Source of the DNA: Lophium mytilinum
Lineage: Eukaryota
DNA length: 64,000 bases
Assembly: GCA_010093605.1 (NCBI GenBank)
Contig: MU004181.1
Span: 2,108,001 to 2,172,000, forward strand
Reading direction: 5' to 3'
Shown here: in pieces, positions 12,445 to 24,923 of the stretch
Layout of the letters: each line of letters begins with the position of its first letter
How positions within the stretch are numbered: the stretch's first letter is position 1
Notes under the pieces: model-generated
Told to the model about the DNA's origin: nothing
The model's input: only the letters and a program-made list of their open reading frames with translations
Database searches by the model: none
Position numbers and translations under genes: made by a program

Positions 12445-12806
12445 CTGTGTATCGGAGATCTCATCTCGAGCAGGAGGTCAAGGATATGAAGGCGGTCATG
12501 AAGGAGAACGCTCCCGGATGTGAGTGCAAGTTTACTGGCGTTGTTGCCGGCAAGCGCCAACATATCCGCTTCTTCCCAATGCGGGTACTGGAGACCAGCG
12601 CACTGGAAATGCCATGACCGGCACCCTTGTCGAGAACGGCTGCATTCTGGGACTTCTATCTCTGGGCCCATGCCGCCATCAAGGGAACTGCTCGTCCGAT
12701 CCATTACCAGGTCATCCTGAACGAGGGCGACTTCGGCAGCGAGGAACTTCAGCAATTTTTCTTCGAGCAATCCTTCCAATACGATCGTATGCGTCTAGTA
12801 TCTTTG
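12445..12806 (+). pseudogene. Argonaute PIWI-domain C-terminal fragment with frameshifts
   Basis: Successive frames give CVSE (cf. RDGVSE), LEQEVKDMK...KFTGVVAGKRQHIRFFP, GDQRTGNAMTGTLVENG and WDFYLWAHAAIKGTARPIHYQVILNEGDFGSEELQQFFFEQSFQYDR..VSL. These are hallmark PIWI motifs (KRHHxRFFP, GNxxPGTxV, DFYLxSHxxIxGTARPxHY). Confidence 0.88.
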
Positions 12807-14519
12807 TAGTAAATCGAAAAACGGTAGAGAAAAGCCACTATAGTGACAGGTCGGGATTAGACAGTGATGTGAGGCACCTCCGATGAACTAAGATTACAGG
12901 TCATAATCTGGCAATCAATACTCAAAGCTATGCTTAGAGCATATGAACGCTTGCGTGCGTATAGCGACGTTGTCTGAAGGGCTCCATGGGGCTAGGAAGA
13001 AGCAGGAGGTAACGCATAGGCTTGCAGAATGCAAATTTGAGGCTCTAGTTGCCCTGAACATACTCTCAAGAAAGACACAAGTTTTCCATGCGAAGCGCCC
13101 CGAAAGCGTCGCAAGCATGCCCTCAGTATCATGCGTGGTGATCAGCACCAACAGCCTACTGCCGGTGATCACAGTAGGCAGTGCATTGCATTGCATAAAG
13201 AGCCATTCTGGAGCAGCTGCGATATCGGCTAAAACGATATTGGGTCTGCACTGTGATGGCATGGGAGAGTCACGTGCCGTTCGTGAGTGTATTCTCATAA
13301 CTCAAGCACACGCTTTTGCCACGAGATTAGACCATCGAAAGGAGTGCTCGTTGGCCGACCGGTTACCCGTTCTTGGACTCCCGGCAAGTCTTGCATCGGA
13401 GATGCCTTGAAAGTCGTTTCTGCACCTGGTGCGCGGCATGGAGATATCTGGGAACAGTCAGCGCCATCTAGGCCCGCCGTTGGCAAATAGGAAAGCTTCT
13501 CGGGGGCCACCACGTTAGACGGTGGCATTGGCTGTATGGTCTTCCTATCAGAGAGTCTGGCGGCGCAGTGACAGTTGGCCTTCGGATCGCTGCAATTAAG
13601 AGGGGGCAGCGGCGGCAATGCTGGCAATGATGACCCCCAATGTCACAGAGCGAAACATGGCCATACGTCGGGCGCGAAGGAGGCTGGTGAGACGTCAATG
13701 GCAGCGCTGTGTCCTGGCAGCCGTCGATGCAGTGAAGCAGTGTTAAGTCCCGCGCAGAGATGAAAGCGGGCAGGCGTAGGAAGCGAGACAGCTCCACCAC
13801 CTGGCCTCGCAATGGCTCGGTCAACTCGCAGCTCCAGTTCTCACGGGACTGCCACGTCGACGATTTACCTGTCATCCGAAACCACCACCCTGCACCCAAG
13901 CACCCAAGGCCTTCCTGGTACGCTGGCCTATTGCCATTTGGCCGGAGAAGCGCCTGGGCAGCAGCATCAGCCCACTGGCAGGACTGGCGGGCAAAAAGGT
14001 ACACGAACATCCTCCTTAGGACGCAGCCGGCACAGTTCTCCCCACGCTGCTGGGCCTCGCGCATGCCAGACACCATGGCTGCACCACGTCCGATGGCACC
14101 CCGTGCTGTGCAGCGGCGTAACGTCTTTGGATGCCGGCTGCATGAAAATCTGCGCTGGAGCCCGCCGCCAGCCCTCGACATCGCGAAGTCAATCGCAAGG
14201 CCTCTCTGACGTGGCCCAATTACTGCCGGCCAAGCCAACCCCCATATCAGCGGAGCAGCACGGGTGCTGCCAGCAGATGCAGCCCGACCCTTTTCGAAGG
14301 ACCCGTGGAAGCCTCAAATTGCCTCGATCTCATTTCCTAATATCGTCTGGTGATGTGTTGCCGCTGCCGCTCCTTGCCGTCTTGCCCCCTCGCCTCGTAG
14401 CATTGAGCCACGAAGGCGCTCAATGCTTTTGCTCTCTCTCCTTTTCATTCGCTGCTCCACAGTTATTTCTCCTTCCCCCACGTTTTACTCTTGTTTCTAA
14501 GCGCGTCATTATATGTACA

Positions 14520-17500
14520 ATGGGCCGGAGGGCGCCCAAGAACACCAGCAAAGTAGCACACCTAGTCAATCTCTTCGAGTCCGCAAAAGACACCACCCCG
14601 TCTTTGTCGTCTTCACATCTTCACAATGCGAAAGTACGGAGCCGTCTCGGTTTCACCGTGGACGGACCCATTTGCCAGTGCGCTGACACCGGCGAAGCCC
14701 TATGCTCAGTCCGTCGAGGCCTCCGGGTATAGACGCGTAATATATCCCACTCCAGTCTTCACACATCCAGACGTGCAGATGATAATAGAACCGAGCGATG
14801 ATGAGGACGATGGAGACGCCGGTAGGTGTACCAAGACAATCGGTCCACAGACCTTTACGATTGACCATCAATTAGGCGCCCCGGTGATGTCTGGAGCATT
14901 GCCTGTAGAAGAGGCACCACCAGCACCAGAACCCCCAGCAAACGATCCAGAACCACCGCCTCCTCCACCTCCACCTCCACCTGAACCTGCAGCATTGGAA
15001 AGCCCGCCAGAAGTAGACGCACCGCCCCCGCCACCCCCTCCGCCTCCTCCACCAGAGCCCGAGGAGAGTGCAGACGCAGCGGAAGAGGTCCCTGAGCCTC
15101 CCGCCCCACCAGAAGCTCCAGTAGAGTCCGAAACCGTAGAAGAATCTGTCATACAAGATGAACAGAACGATGATGGTGACGGCGGTGCACCGCTAGACGA
15201 ACCCGTTGCCAGCGAAGAGCCCGCGGAAGAAGCACCACAGGAGGCGGAGCCTGCTGCAGCTGCGGAAGGGAATGAAGGTGGTGTCGAGGTAGTCGCTGAC
15301 AATGCCGAGTCGGCATCGGAATCGACTCCTCCGACTGATGACCCAAAGTCCGAAGATTGTTCCCCAGACGCCACAAGCGACGGACCTAGCGAAGGGACCA
15401 CACCTGCAAACGAAGAGGCAGCCGGAGAGCCTTCTGAACCAGTTGATCCCGCAGATGGTCCGGACGCGGAAGCTAGCGCGGATGTTGTTACGGCTGAAGC
15501 CGCATCAGAACCTAGCCCACCTACGGATGAACCGCCTCCTGGCCTTGAAGAGGCACAGCCAGTTGAGGAGCAAGCAGCTGAGCCTGCGAAAACTGAAGAT
15601 ACGCCTTCTTCCAGTGCTCCTGAAGAGCCGGCGTCTACTCCCGAGGAAAGTCCGGTGGAAACAGAAGTTGTAATACCGGACTCCGAGCCCCCTCCACCTC
15701 CCCCTGCGGACCAAGTTGCGACTGAAGAAGAGCCTAAAACTGAAGATGGGCCACCATCTGATCCCGCCGTTGAGTCTGTCGCCGCAGTGCCGCACGAAGA
15801 GAAGAATGTGCACTTTCCACCGGACATGAAAGACCCTAAACCTAGCACACTTGGGCACAAGAAGAAGAATGGCAAGTCAAACGTGAAAGGGAAGCCCAAA
15901 GGCTTTATAAGGCAAAAGGATCCACCGACGCCTGCACCTGCTCCGTCTCCACCGAAAGAAGTTAGGAAAAAGGAGAAGGAAAGCAAAGCTCCACCTGCAA
16001 CCTCGTCCAAGGAGAAGAAGAAGGCTCCCACTAAGAAAGAGGAAGCAAAAGCGAAGAAGGACAAAAAGAGTAAGAGTAAGAAAGGGAAGGGGAAGGGGGA
16101 AGATAAGGAGTCCGAGTCCGGGTCACCTGACAAAGAGTCCCCTGAGGATATCGAAGTTCCAAGCGAACCTCCGGCGCCAGCTTCTGCACCAGAAGCCCCA
16201 GAAAACGCACCTGCAGATACCGCTGAAATCGAAAACGAAGTCCCTCCGCCACCCCCTCCGCCACCAGATGAACCGGCGGACACACCACCAGAAATCAGTG
16301 ATGAGCAAAACGATACGGCCGAACCGCCTCCTCCGCCTCCTCCACCACCAGGAGACGAAACCGAAACAAGTACAGGCGATGACGCGCAAGACGACGCGCC
16401 TCCGCCTCCTCCACCTCCACCTCCCCCGCCCGAGATGCCCGCAGAAATGCCACCCGAAAGTACAGAAGCCCCATCCCCACCAGAAGCGAGTACTCCACCA
16501 GACAGTGTAGAAGCTGAAAGCGAGTCTGTCGAACCTGAACCTGCCATTGAAGAGGCTGAGATTTCACCCCCTGCTCCTGTGGAAGACTCGGCAGAGCCTG
16601 GCGAGCCCGCTGAGCAACCTGTGGCATCGCCTCCCTCTGACGATGCTGCAGTCGAGGGCGAGGCCGCTGACCCAGAACCCGAATCTACGCCAGCCAAAGC
16701 TGGGGAAAGCGAAGCCCAAGATGAGGCTCCTCCACCACCCGCCGCTGAAGTGGCCGAAGGAAAGGCGGAAGATATTGAAGCCGAAACCCCGGTGGAGGAA
16801 GCACCTACAAGCACTGATAACGCCGAGACCGTACCAGAGCCAACGCCGCCTTCGCCCGAAGAGGCTTCAGAAGGAGGAGACGAGGGCGAGAGTGCTGAGA
16901 AAGCTTCAGAGGACACATCCAAACCAGCGGTTGGAGATGTGAAAGAAGAAGAGATTTCGCCAGATGCTGCAGGTGATGATGAGCCGGAAAGTCCCGCTGA
17001 AGATCCCGTTTCAGACCCAGCTCCACCACCGCCTGAAGCCGCTATTGAACCGGAAGGCGAAACAGCACTAGACGAACCCATCGAGCCAACTCTTGGAGAG
17101 GAGAAACATGAAGACGCTGCTTCGGAAACGCCTGTGGATCCCGTGGAGGCAGCAGAACCAAGTGAACCACTCCCTGAAGAAGGTAAGGAGGAGGAAAGCG
17201 CAGAATCGGGTGAAGCAGACGAATCGGAGGCCCCAGTTGTTAAACCGCCCGCAGAAGTAGCCTCCGAGGACCAACGCGGCCAGGAACCGCTTTGTATTGC
17301 CGAAGATAGCCAGCCAGAGGCAGACCCTGAAGCGAAGGAACAAGAACCCGACGTTGACGACGCGAAGCCCGAAGAGTCGACGGCCGAATCGTCTGTTGTG
17401 GTCGAGGAACTCGCTGTGGATGACTCCGCTTCGGAAAAGCCTGTTGTGGACGAGCCTGCCGCGGAAGAAGCTGTAGCGGACGAGTCAAGTGTTGAGGAGC

Positions 17501-20500
17501 CCGCCGTCCAGGAGCCTGAAGCGGAAGAGTCTCCAGCTAGCCAAGAAGAAAAGCCTAGCGCCGAAGAGGGCGAGGCCCAGGAACCTGCAGCAGAGGACCC
17601 TGTTCCGGAAACGCCCTCTGCTGCTGAAGTGCAAGAAGAAGCATCGCCTGTGGACAGCGAGCCAAGTCAAGACGACGCCCCCACAGGTGTCACTGAGCCT
17701 GCCGAAGGAGAGGATGCGACTGAAGTGCCCACAGAAACAGCCAATGTCGAGGAAGCAGTGGACAAAGCGGAAACCCCGGAGTCTACTCCTGAAGGTACAG
17801 CTGAGGATGAGAAGGCGCCTGAGGAGACCGCAGACGCTGTCGAAGATGAACACAAAGAGGACGTAGAGGAAACACCTGAGCCCGCTGCCGAAGTTCCAAC
17901 CCCTGTGGAAGAAGAGAAGGCTATTGAAGCACCCGCGGAGATTGCCAACGATTCACAGAAAGTAGACGATGAGGAAATCCCTGAGCCTACTGCCGAACTT
18001 CCAAACCCTGTCGAAGAAGAGAAGGAGGTTGAGGCGCCCGCGGAAGCTGTCAGTGATGAACACAAAGCGGATGAATTGGAAAGCCCCGAGCCAGCTGGTG
18101 ATGACTCTCCCACAGTGGATGCCCCAGCAGAGGAGACAGAATCCACTGGTGATCCGGCCCCTGCCGATGATGAGAACCCAGCCGAAGCCTCAGCGGAGCC
18201 ACCCTCAGAGGCTGTCGATGGAGAGGAAAAGTCAGACGATGGTCCTGGGACAGCCAACGACCCAGTCGAAAGTTCCGAGACGAAGGAGCCCGAAAGCGTA
18301 CCGGAGAGCTCGAACGCAGATTTAGCTACTGAGCCGAGCGCTACAGACGCGACCAGTGATGCTACTCCAGCCGTTGGAGAGGCCGTGGTGATCGAAGAGG
18401 CTATTGCTGAACAAATCCCGGTCAGCATCGACGAGGCCCCACCAATCGAGGCTGCAGCCGAAGCCCCTACTGTTCCAGAGTCGGCTCCAGACCCTCCCGC
18501 AGAGACTCCTGCTGAAGACCCTCCTACAGAAGATATTCCCGAAGTGCCCGAGGAGAGTCCAGAAGCACCAGAAGAGCCTGCGCAATCTAGTCCGGATGCT
18601 ATCGTTGGCGAGCAGGAAGTTGAAGCCAAGCCAGAGGACCCTGCTCCTGTACCGGAGGAAGAGGCTGACGCGCCAGAGCAAGCTGAGGAACAAAAGGTTG
18701 ATGATAGCCCAGCTATTCAAGAAGAGCCCGTGATAACAGAGGAGGGTGTTGAGGAGAGTACTCCCAGCTCGGAGGAAATTAGCAGCACTGAACAAGCGCC
18801 CGCCAACGATCAAGCTGCCGAGTCTTCTTCTGAGACGGCTTCGCCCGAAGAACCTAGTCAAGAGCCTAGTCCAGAGGTTGTTGAAAGCGGCGAGGAAGGT
18901 AGTTCCGAAGAATCCCCTGCCGAAGCCTCATCAGATACCGCAATAGTAGATACACCTGCTGCAGAAACGGTCGAAGACGAAGCGAAGGTTGAGGAAACTC
19001 CGGAAGATCCTCCTGCTCAAGGAGAAGTCCCTACGCCAGAGGTAGACGCTCCAGAAGACGCTCCAGAGGAGAAAGCAATTGAAGTCGAAGATCCGGCGCC
19101 TGCTGTAGACGGCACCCTAAATGTAGATGCCCCGGCCGAAGACGCTGTCACTCCTGAGGTTTCGGCTCCTGTTGAAGAAGAGAAGGCTGTGGAGCAAACT
19201 TCGGAAGATCCTCCTGCTCCAGAAGAAGAAGCGGTTGAAGCCCCAAGCGGCGAAGAAGCCAAAACGGATGAGGTAGAGAGCCCTACGCCAATTACAGAGG
19301 ACTCCCCAGCAGCGGATCCGCCAGCTGAAGAGCCAACCACACCTGAAGAGCTGGCCGCAGCCGAAGAGGCATCTCCTCCTCCCGAGGAACCAGCCCCAGT
19401 CGAAGAGGCTTCCCCTCCTCCTCCCGAGGAACCAGCCCCAGTCGAAGAGGTCCCACCTTCACCAGCTCCAGTCGAAGAGGCTTCCCCTCCTCCTCCCGAA
19501 GAACCAGCCCCAGTTGAAGAGGCCCCACCTCCACCTCCTGAGGAATCAGTCCCAGTCCAAGATGCTTCCCCTCCTCCCCCCGAAGAGCCAGCTCCAGTTG
19601 AGGATGCTCCCCCTCCCCCTCCTGAAGAACCAGCGCTAGTTGAAGACGCTTCTTCTCCTCTTCCTGAGGAGCCAGCTCCAGTAGAACCTTCTCTCCCTCC
19701 TTCCCCTGAAGAGCCAGCGCCAGTTGAGGATGCTCCCCCTCCTGAAGAATCAGCGCCACTTGAAGATGCTTCTCCTCCTCCTCCTGAAGAGCCAGGCCCT
19801 GTCGAGGAAGATAACGCGATCGAAGTAGCCTCGGAAGAGCCTCCGCCTCCAGCAGAAATCGAGGATGCGGCACCTGCTCCGGAAGACTCTCCAGTCATCG
19901 ATACCCCAGCCGAAGATACCGCCCCTCTTGAAGTTCCTGCTCCCGTGGAGGAAGTGCCTGCTCCCGCGGAGGAAGTGCCTGTCCCTGTAGAGGAAGTGCC
20001 TGCCCCTGCGGAGGAGGCGCCTGCCCCTGTAGAGGAAGAAAAGGCAATCGAAGAACCCCCGGAGCAACCTGTATCTGACGCGGTGGATGTCGAGCCAACG
20101 CCTGAAGACAGTGCTCCAGCACCTGCCGAGGAAGTGAAGGCGGTTGATGCACCTGCTGACCCGCCAGCCCCAAAGACTCCACCTGATGAATCCGCCATAG
20201 CCAACGAACCAGCTTCTCCGAGCTCGCCCTCGAAAGAGAAACGCGCCAGGCGATCCTCTCAATCGAATCGGGATGGCTGGGGTCGACCGCACCAACACCG
20301 AAGGAGACGAGAGAGTGATGCCAGCATTGGCGGAATCTCGCTCGTGGCTGCAGCAAAGGCCATCGGGAGTTCTGGAAAAGAAAAACGGCGAGATAGCATG
20401 ACAAGTAAGGATTCTGGGAAGACAAGGGAGAAGGCCAGAGAAGTGATCAAAGACGCCAGCAAGGACAAGGGTAAAGAGAGTAGGAAGGAAGGAGACAAGT

Positions 20501-21840
20501 CTAGTCCTCGAAGCCGAGAACGGGAAGAAAAAGAGGCCAAACGTCGCACCCTTCGCGCTGCTGAGGAAGAGGTTGAACGCCGCAAGCGCCATGATTCCCG
20601 CCTGCCATCTGACAGCAAGAGGAAGGACGAATCTCGACGGAAAGCTCCCGCAGAAGCGGAAAAGAAAAGAACTGAGACCGAGGAAGAACGCAGGATTAGA
20701 CATGAGGAGCGCAAAGCTGCAAAGAGAGCTGAAGCAGAGCAGGCGAAAGCTGAACAAAAGCGCATTGATGATGAAGAAGCCGCAAGGCGAGCACGCCATG
20801 AGGCTAGAAGAGAGGCAAAGCGGATTGAAGCTGCAAAACTTAAAGAAGAGGAAGAAGCGGCACGACGAGAGAAAGCGAAGCGTGAAGAAGAGGAAGAAGC
20901 GGAAAGAAGACGTCTCCGGCACGAAAAGCGCAGGTTGCAGCGTGAAAAGGAAGTCAAGAGGGCAGCCGATCTAGCCCGACCAAAGGCCAAAGAGGTGGAA
21001 CGACCAGTGACGAGAGATGCTGCTCGACGCGCTGCTGAGGAGGAGTCCGAGGTGTCTCCTGCTTCTCCAGTATCACCTCGCGGTCCGTCAAGGCGACAGA
21101 CTGGTCTGAGTGATCGCACGCGTGATAATTCACCCCCTCCACGAGCCAGAAGGAACAGCACTTTCGGAGGCTTTTCCCTGTTTGGTCGATCAAAGACAGA
21201 ACCTATAGTACCAACCGCCCCCAAGTCGTTGAAGCCTGTCAGTAAAGTTAACACTGATCCGATTCCTCCTCCGCCAGCGGCGGTCAAAAGCCTTGGTAAA
21301 GAGAAAGAGCGCCCGACAAGCAGCAAGCTTAGTTCAGGAGACAGCCACGAGGAGCGTCCCCGTCATCGACACAGACGTCCCTCCCATCATCACCGTCAAA
21401 GAACCGAGTCAGAAGAGGCAGAACACCAAGCCAGGAAAGAACGGCGCGCAGCGCGTGCTGCCAAAGAGAAAGAGTTCGAGATGTCAGGAGCTGCAGATGG
21501 TGGAGGCGTCGCATTAGAGCCCGAAGCAGTCCCGGAAGCACCTCGTGAAGCCCCCACCGAAGACCCGCCAGCGCCTCCTGAGGTTCTCCTTCAAGAGTCC
21601 GCTGCTGTTGTTGGATCACATTCTTCTGGTGACCGACGTGCGCATCGATCCAGCCGAAGGATGTCCGTGAATGAAAGACCCAAGACTGTGAGAGTCGAGA
21701 GCGATCGACCAAAATCAACCAAGGTCGAAAGCGCTGAGAAGCCGAGAATCTCGAGACGGGAGACGGAAAGGAGAAGACCCAAGAAAGATGAACCGCCAAT
21801 GAAGGGATTTTGGGGAGGGTTGAGGAAGATGGTCGCTTGA
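14520..21840 (+). CDS. Giant (~2420 aa) intrinsically disordered Glu/Pro-rich protein with a basic, coiled-coil C-terminus; intron 14634-14697
   Basis: 7.2-kb uninterrupted frame. An upstream 38-codon exon (MGRRAPKNTSKVAHLVNLFES...) splices in phase 0 (GTACGG..GCTGAC..AAG). No globular domain recognised. Confidence 0.85.
19360..20045 (+). repeat. Coding tandem repeats inside the giant protein: ~42-bp PPPPEEPAPVEEAS units, then 21-bp PAP(V/A)EEV units
   Basis: Repeated cctcctcc(c/t)ga(g/a)ga(a/g)ccagc(c/t)ccagt(c/t)ga, seen in both DNA and translation. Confidence 0.9.
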
Positions 21841-22637
21841 ACTATGTTTTCTATTCTTTTCTTGTTTGCATAATTATGACTGACATGACATGACATTTCG
21901 GGTTTCTTTTTTGCCGTACAAATGTGTCTTTCGGATACTTCTTTTCGTTTGTATTGGGCGGCATTTTGTATTTGTATGCTGTATGAGTCTACGGAAGTAA
22001 CATACGCATTGATGGGCGCTTCCACTTGCATTCGTAGTGGTTTTTCGGGCCTACGAGACGAGGGTTTTGTTTTTCCTTCACTTCTTGGAGGTAGCTTTGT
22101 ATTAGTCTTGATGATTGACGAAGCCTGGTTGTTCCGACCATGCCAGAATATGATTTAAACTTGTTCACCACTGTTGTGTTTCAACGTACCTAGTTTTAAT
22201 GAAGGCATCGACTCGTTGATGATTAGAAAGAGTGACAGACCAACATTTCTCAACTCTGGTAATAAACAGTCTTACCACCGTATAGATTGCTTCAATGTCT
22301 CATCGAAAGACGAAGAATGCTTGCTGGAAACGCTGTAGACGTGGCCGCAGATGTGGCTGAAATGCCAAAGCTTGATCACGTGAATGCCCAGGTGCGGCGT
22401 CGTCATAGTCTTGAAAGCTCCAAGCTGGTGGTGGACTCTCAAACCATCTGCCTCCACCATCCCGCGATCAGGCACCTCTTCACGACACATTAAGGACAGC
22501 TTCGATTTTTATTCCAGCAGAACACTTCCTACCGCTAGCGCTAGAGACCTCCTAACTACCTCTCCACGCTCGCTCCTTCACTCGAACCACCATTTAATCT
22601 TCCCATCACCGGACAATCACCCACCACATCGCAAATA

Positions 22638-23600
22638 ATGGCCGACTCAGGAGCAGCATCGGCACCCAAGCCCAGCAGCAGCGTCAAGCTAGTCCTGCTG
22701 GGTGAGGCCGCCGTAGGAAAGGTGCATTAACCCCCTCTGAATGCAGTCTGCCATCTCACAGCTAACACCGGCCGCGTAGTCGTCACTAGTAATGCGCTTC
22801 GTGAACAACGACTTCCAAGAGAACAAGGAGCCCACAATAGGAGGTCAGTTACCATATCGTCCGGCAGCCGCGTACTTCCACCCGCAGATCATGGTCTTCG
22901 ACCGCGAGGCCTGTCCGTTGTGTCTCGCAGAAACCTTATATGCATGCTACCCCTCCAACAGAGCAGACCCGCTAACATTTATATCTTTGCGTTCGCAGCC
23001 GCTTTCCTCACCCAGAAATGCAACCTCCCCACCCGCACCATCAAGTTCGAGATCTGGGATACCGCGGGCCAGGAGCGCTTCGCCAGTCTGGCACCCATGT
23101 ACTACCGCAATGCGCAAGCCGCGCTCGTCGTCTACGATATCACAAAGGCCTCGTCGCTGCAGAAGGCGCAGCATTGGGTTGCTGAGCTGCAGCGACAAGC
23201 CTCCCCGGGCATCGTTATCGCGCTCGTCGGCAACAAGTTCGATCTGGCGTCGGCGAACCCGGCGTCGGATGCCAGCACCGGCGGAGACGACGCGGATGGC
23301 ACCGCTACTGCGGAAGAGGAGGAGGATGTGGATGGCGAGAGCGATGCGCGGAAGGTTCCGACGAAGACGGCGAAGGCATATGCGGATGAGGAGGCCTTGC
23401 TTTTCTTTGAGACGAGCGCCAAGACGGGCTTGAATGTCGCGGAGGTGTTTACGGCTATTGCGAACGCGATTCCGGAGACGAGTTTGAAGGGCCCGAGGGG
23501 AGTTGGCGGACAGACGAATCTGGGAAGGCAAGAAGACTCGGCGAGAGTCAACTTGACTGGGGCAAATGCTCAGGGACCTAAGGAAGGCTGCGCTTGTTAA
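22638..23600 (+). CDS. VPS21: Rab5-family endosomal GTPase (Vps21/Ypt51 type); introns ~22722-22779 and ~22843-22998
   Basis: [60 protein letters not shown], and a C-terminal CAC prenylation motif. Confidence 0.93.
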
Positions 23601-23906
23601 TATGGCGGAGAGGATGGATGGGCGAGATCATTAAGTGCTTCTTTTGAGTGCGAGCGTACAGAGGCATCGTTCTCAGCAATCACTTGGCACGATTGCGATT
23701 ATCTGCTTTCCTCGGCGTAGGATGGAGCAGAGGGTTCTTTGATTAATTTAACTTTTAGTCCCATTCCTTTTGCGATTGTACATTCCCAGCAATTGAGAGT
23801 CTTGCCTTTTCTATTATGCAGTCATCGATCTATCTACGATACCAAAGAGCAATACTGCAATACTCCGAACACCCGCTCATGCTTCGCTTCACTGACAGGA
23901 CAATAT

Positions 23907-24923
23907 CTACACCCCCGGCATACCTATCACTGCCCTGAGTGCCGGAACGCCTCGCGGCAAGAAGTACACCACCCAAAGCCCCGCAAAGGCAACCAACAGA
24001 CCCGTGAACTTCTCAAACCAAGTATGGAAGAACGCCGCCGTCATCAGCAACATCCACCACATCAACGCCGCCACTCCCAACACAGTCTTGACTCCCACAG
24101 CGGTAACCTGCTCCTGTGTCTGGCTCGCCGCCTCCTTCTTCTCCGTCCGCTTCTCCACCGCCACACTCACAACCTTCCCATCACTCAACAACACCCTCCT
24201 CCCATCCCTCAGCCCCTCCGCCCTCGTCAACGCCGGCAGAATCTCAAACCACAGCAACCCACTCCCCATAATGAGCAAAAACACATGTCCACTGATATCA
24301 TGCCCCCCCTTCCACTGCCCCCCAACCGCCTTACACGCCGCCGCCGTGAAATACTCCCGCGCATCCGACATCTCCTCGCGCGCCTCCGCATCCCGTAGCA
24401 TCTCGCACTGGCCGCCCGTGAAGCGGAACCCGCGATCGATGAGCGGCGCGCCGAAGAACCACTGCGTGATGACCGTCCACCACGCGGTCACGGCGAGGTA
24501 GCGCAGCGAGGCGGTGATGCGGCGGCGCGTCACGTATGGGCGTAGCGGCACGCCGAGGCCCGGGTTCGTGAGCACGAAGGCGACGAAGGCGAGGGTGGTC
24601 CAGAACCAGCCGACTTTGACGAAGTAGACATTGAAGATGTTTTTCTTTTTCGCGAAGTAGGAGGGCGCGAATTCGGGGGGGTGCGATTGGGAGGTTGAGC
24701 TGTAGGGCGCCGAGCGCGTGGTGGCGGAGAGGGTGGAGAAGATGGAGCCTAGGAGGAGGGTGAAGGGGTAGATGGAGATGAGGAGGGCTTCGAGGCGGGT
24801 TGGGAGGAGGGGAGAGCGGGGGGAGGTGCTCGTTGAGGGGATTGTGGAGGCGGGCATGGTGGTGGTGAGAGGTGTGTTGTTGAGATCTGAGGATCCGGCG
24901 GCGGGTTTGCGGCGGGCGGACAT
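23907..24923 (-). CDS. SCS3: FIT/Scs3 family ER acyl-CoA diphosphatase (fat-storage-inducing transmembrane protein)
   Basis: YFAKKKNIFNVYFVKVGWFWT, WFFGAPLIDR, GHDISGHVFLL and TAAFFHTWFEKFTG signatures. Confidence 0.92.
   Translation of the reverse strand: MSARRKPAAGSSDLNNTPLTTTMPASTIPSTSTSPRSPLLPTRLEALLISIYPFTLLLGSIFSTLSATTRSAPYSSTSQSHPPEFAPSYFAKKKNIFNVYFVKVGWFWTTLAFVAFVLTNPGLGVPLRPYVTRRRITASLRYLAVTAWWTVITQWFFGAPLIDRGFRFTGGQCEMLRDAEAREEMSDAREYFTAAACKAVGGQWKGGHDISGHVFLLIMGSGLLWFEILPALTRAEGLRDGRRVLLSDGKVVSVAVEKRTEKKEAASQTQEQVTAVGVKTVLGVAALMWWMLLMTAAFFHTWFEKFTGLLVAFAGLWVVYFLPRGVPALRAVIGMPGV

Noticed and set aside
13295..14500. Overlapping GC-rich ORFs (256 and 306 aa) upstream of the giant gene
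   Set aside because: Look like promoter/5' leader followed by a pyrimidine tract; only the final part from ATG 14520 is supported as exon 1.
14868..21326. Long antisense ORFs (737, 320, 395, 390 and 355 aa) opposite the giant protein
   Set aside because: Shadow frames produced by the biased E/P/A codon content; S/G/A low-complexity translations with no independent coding signal.
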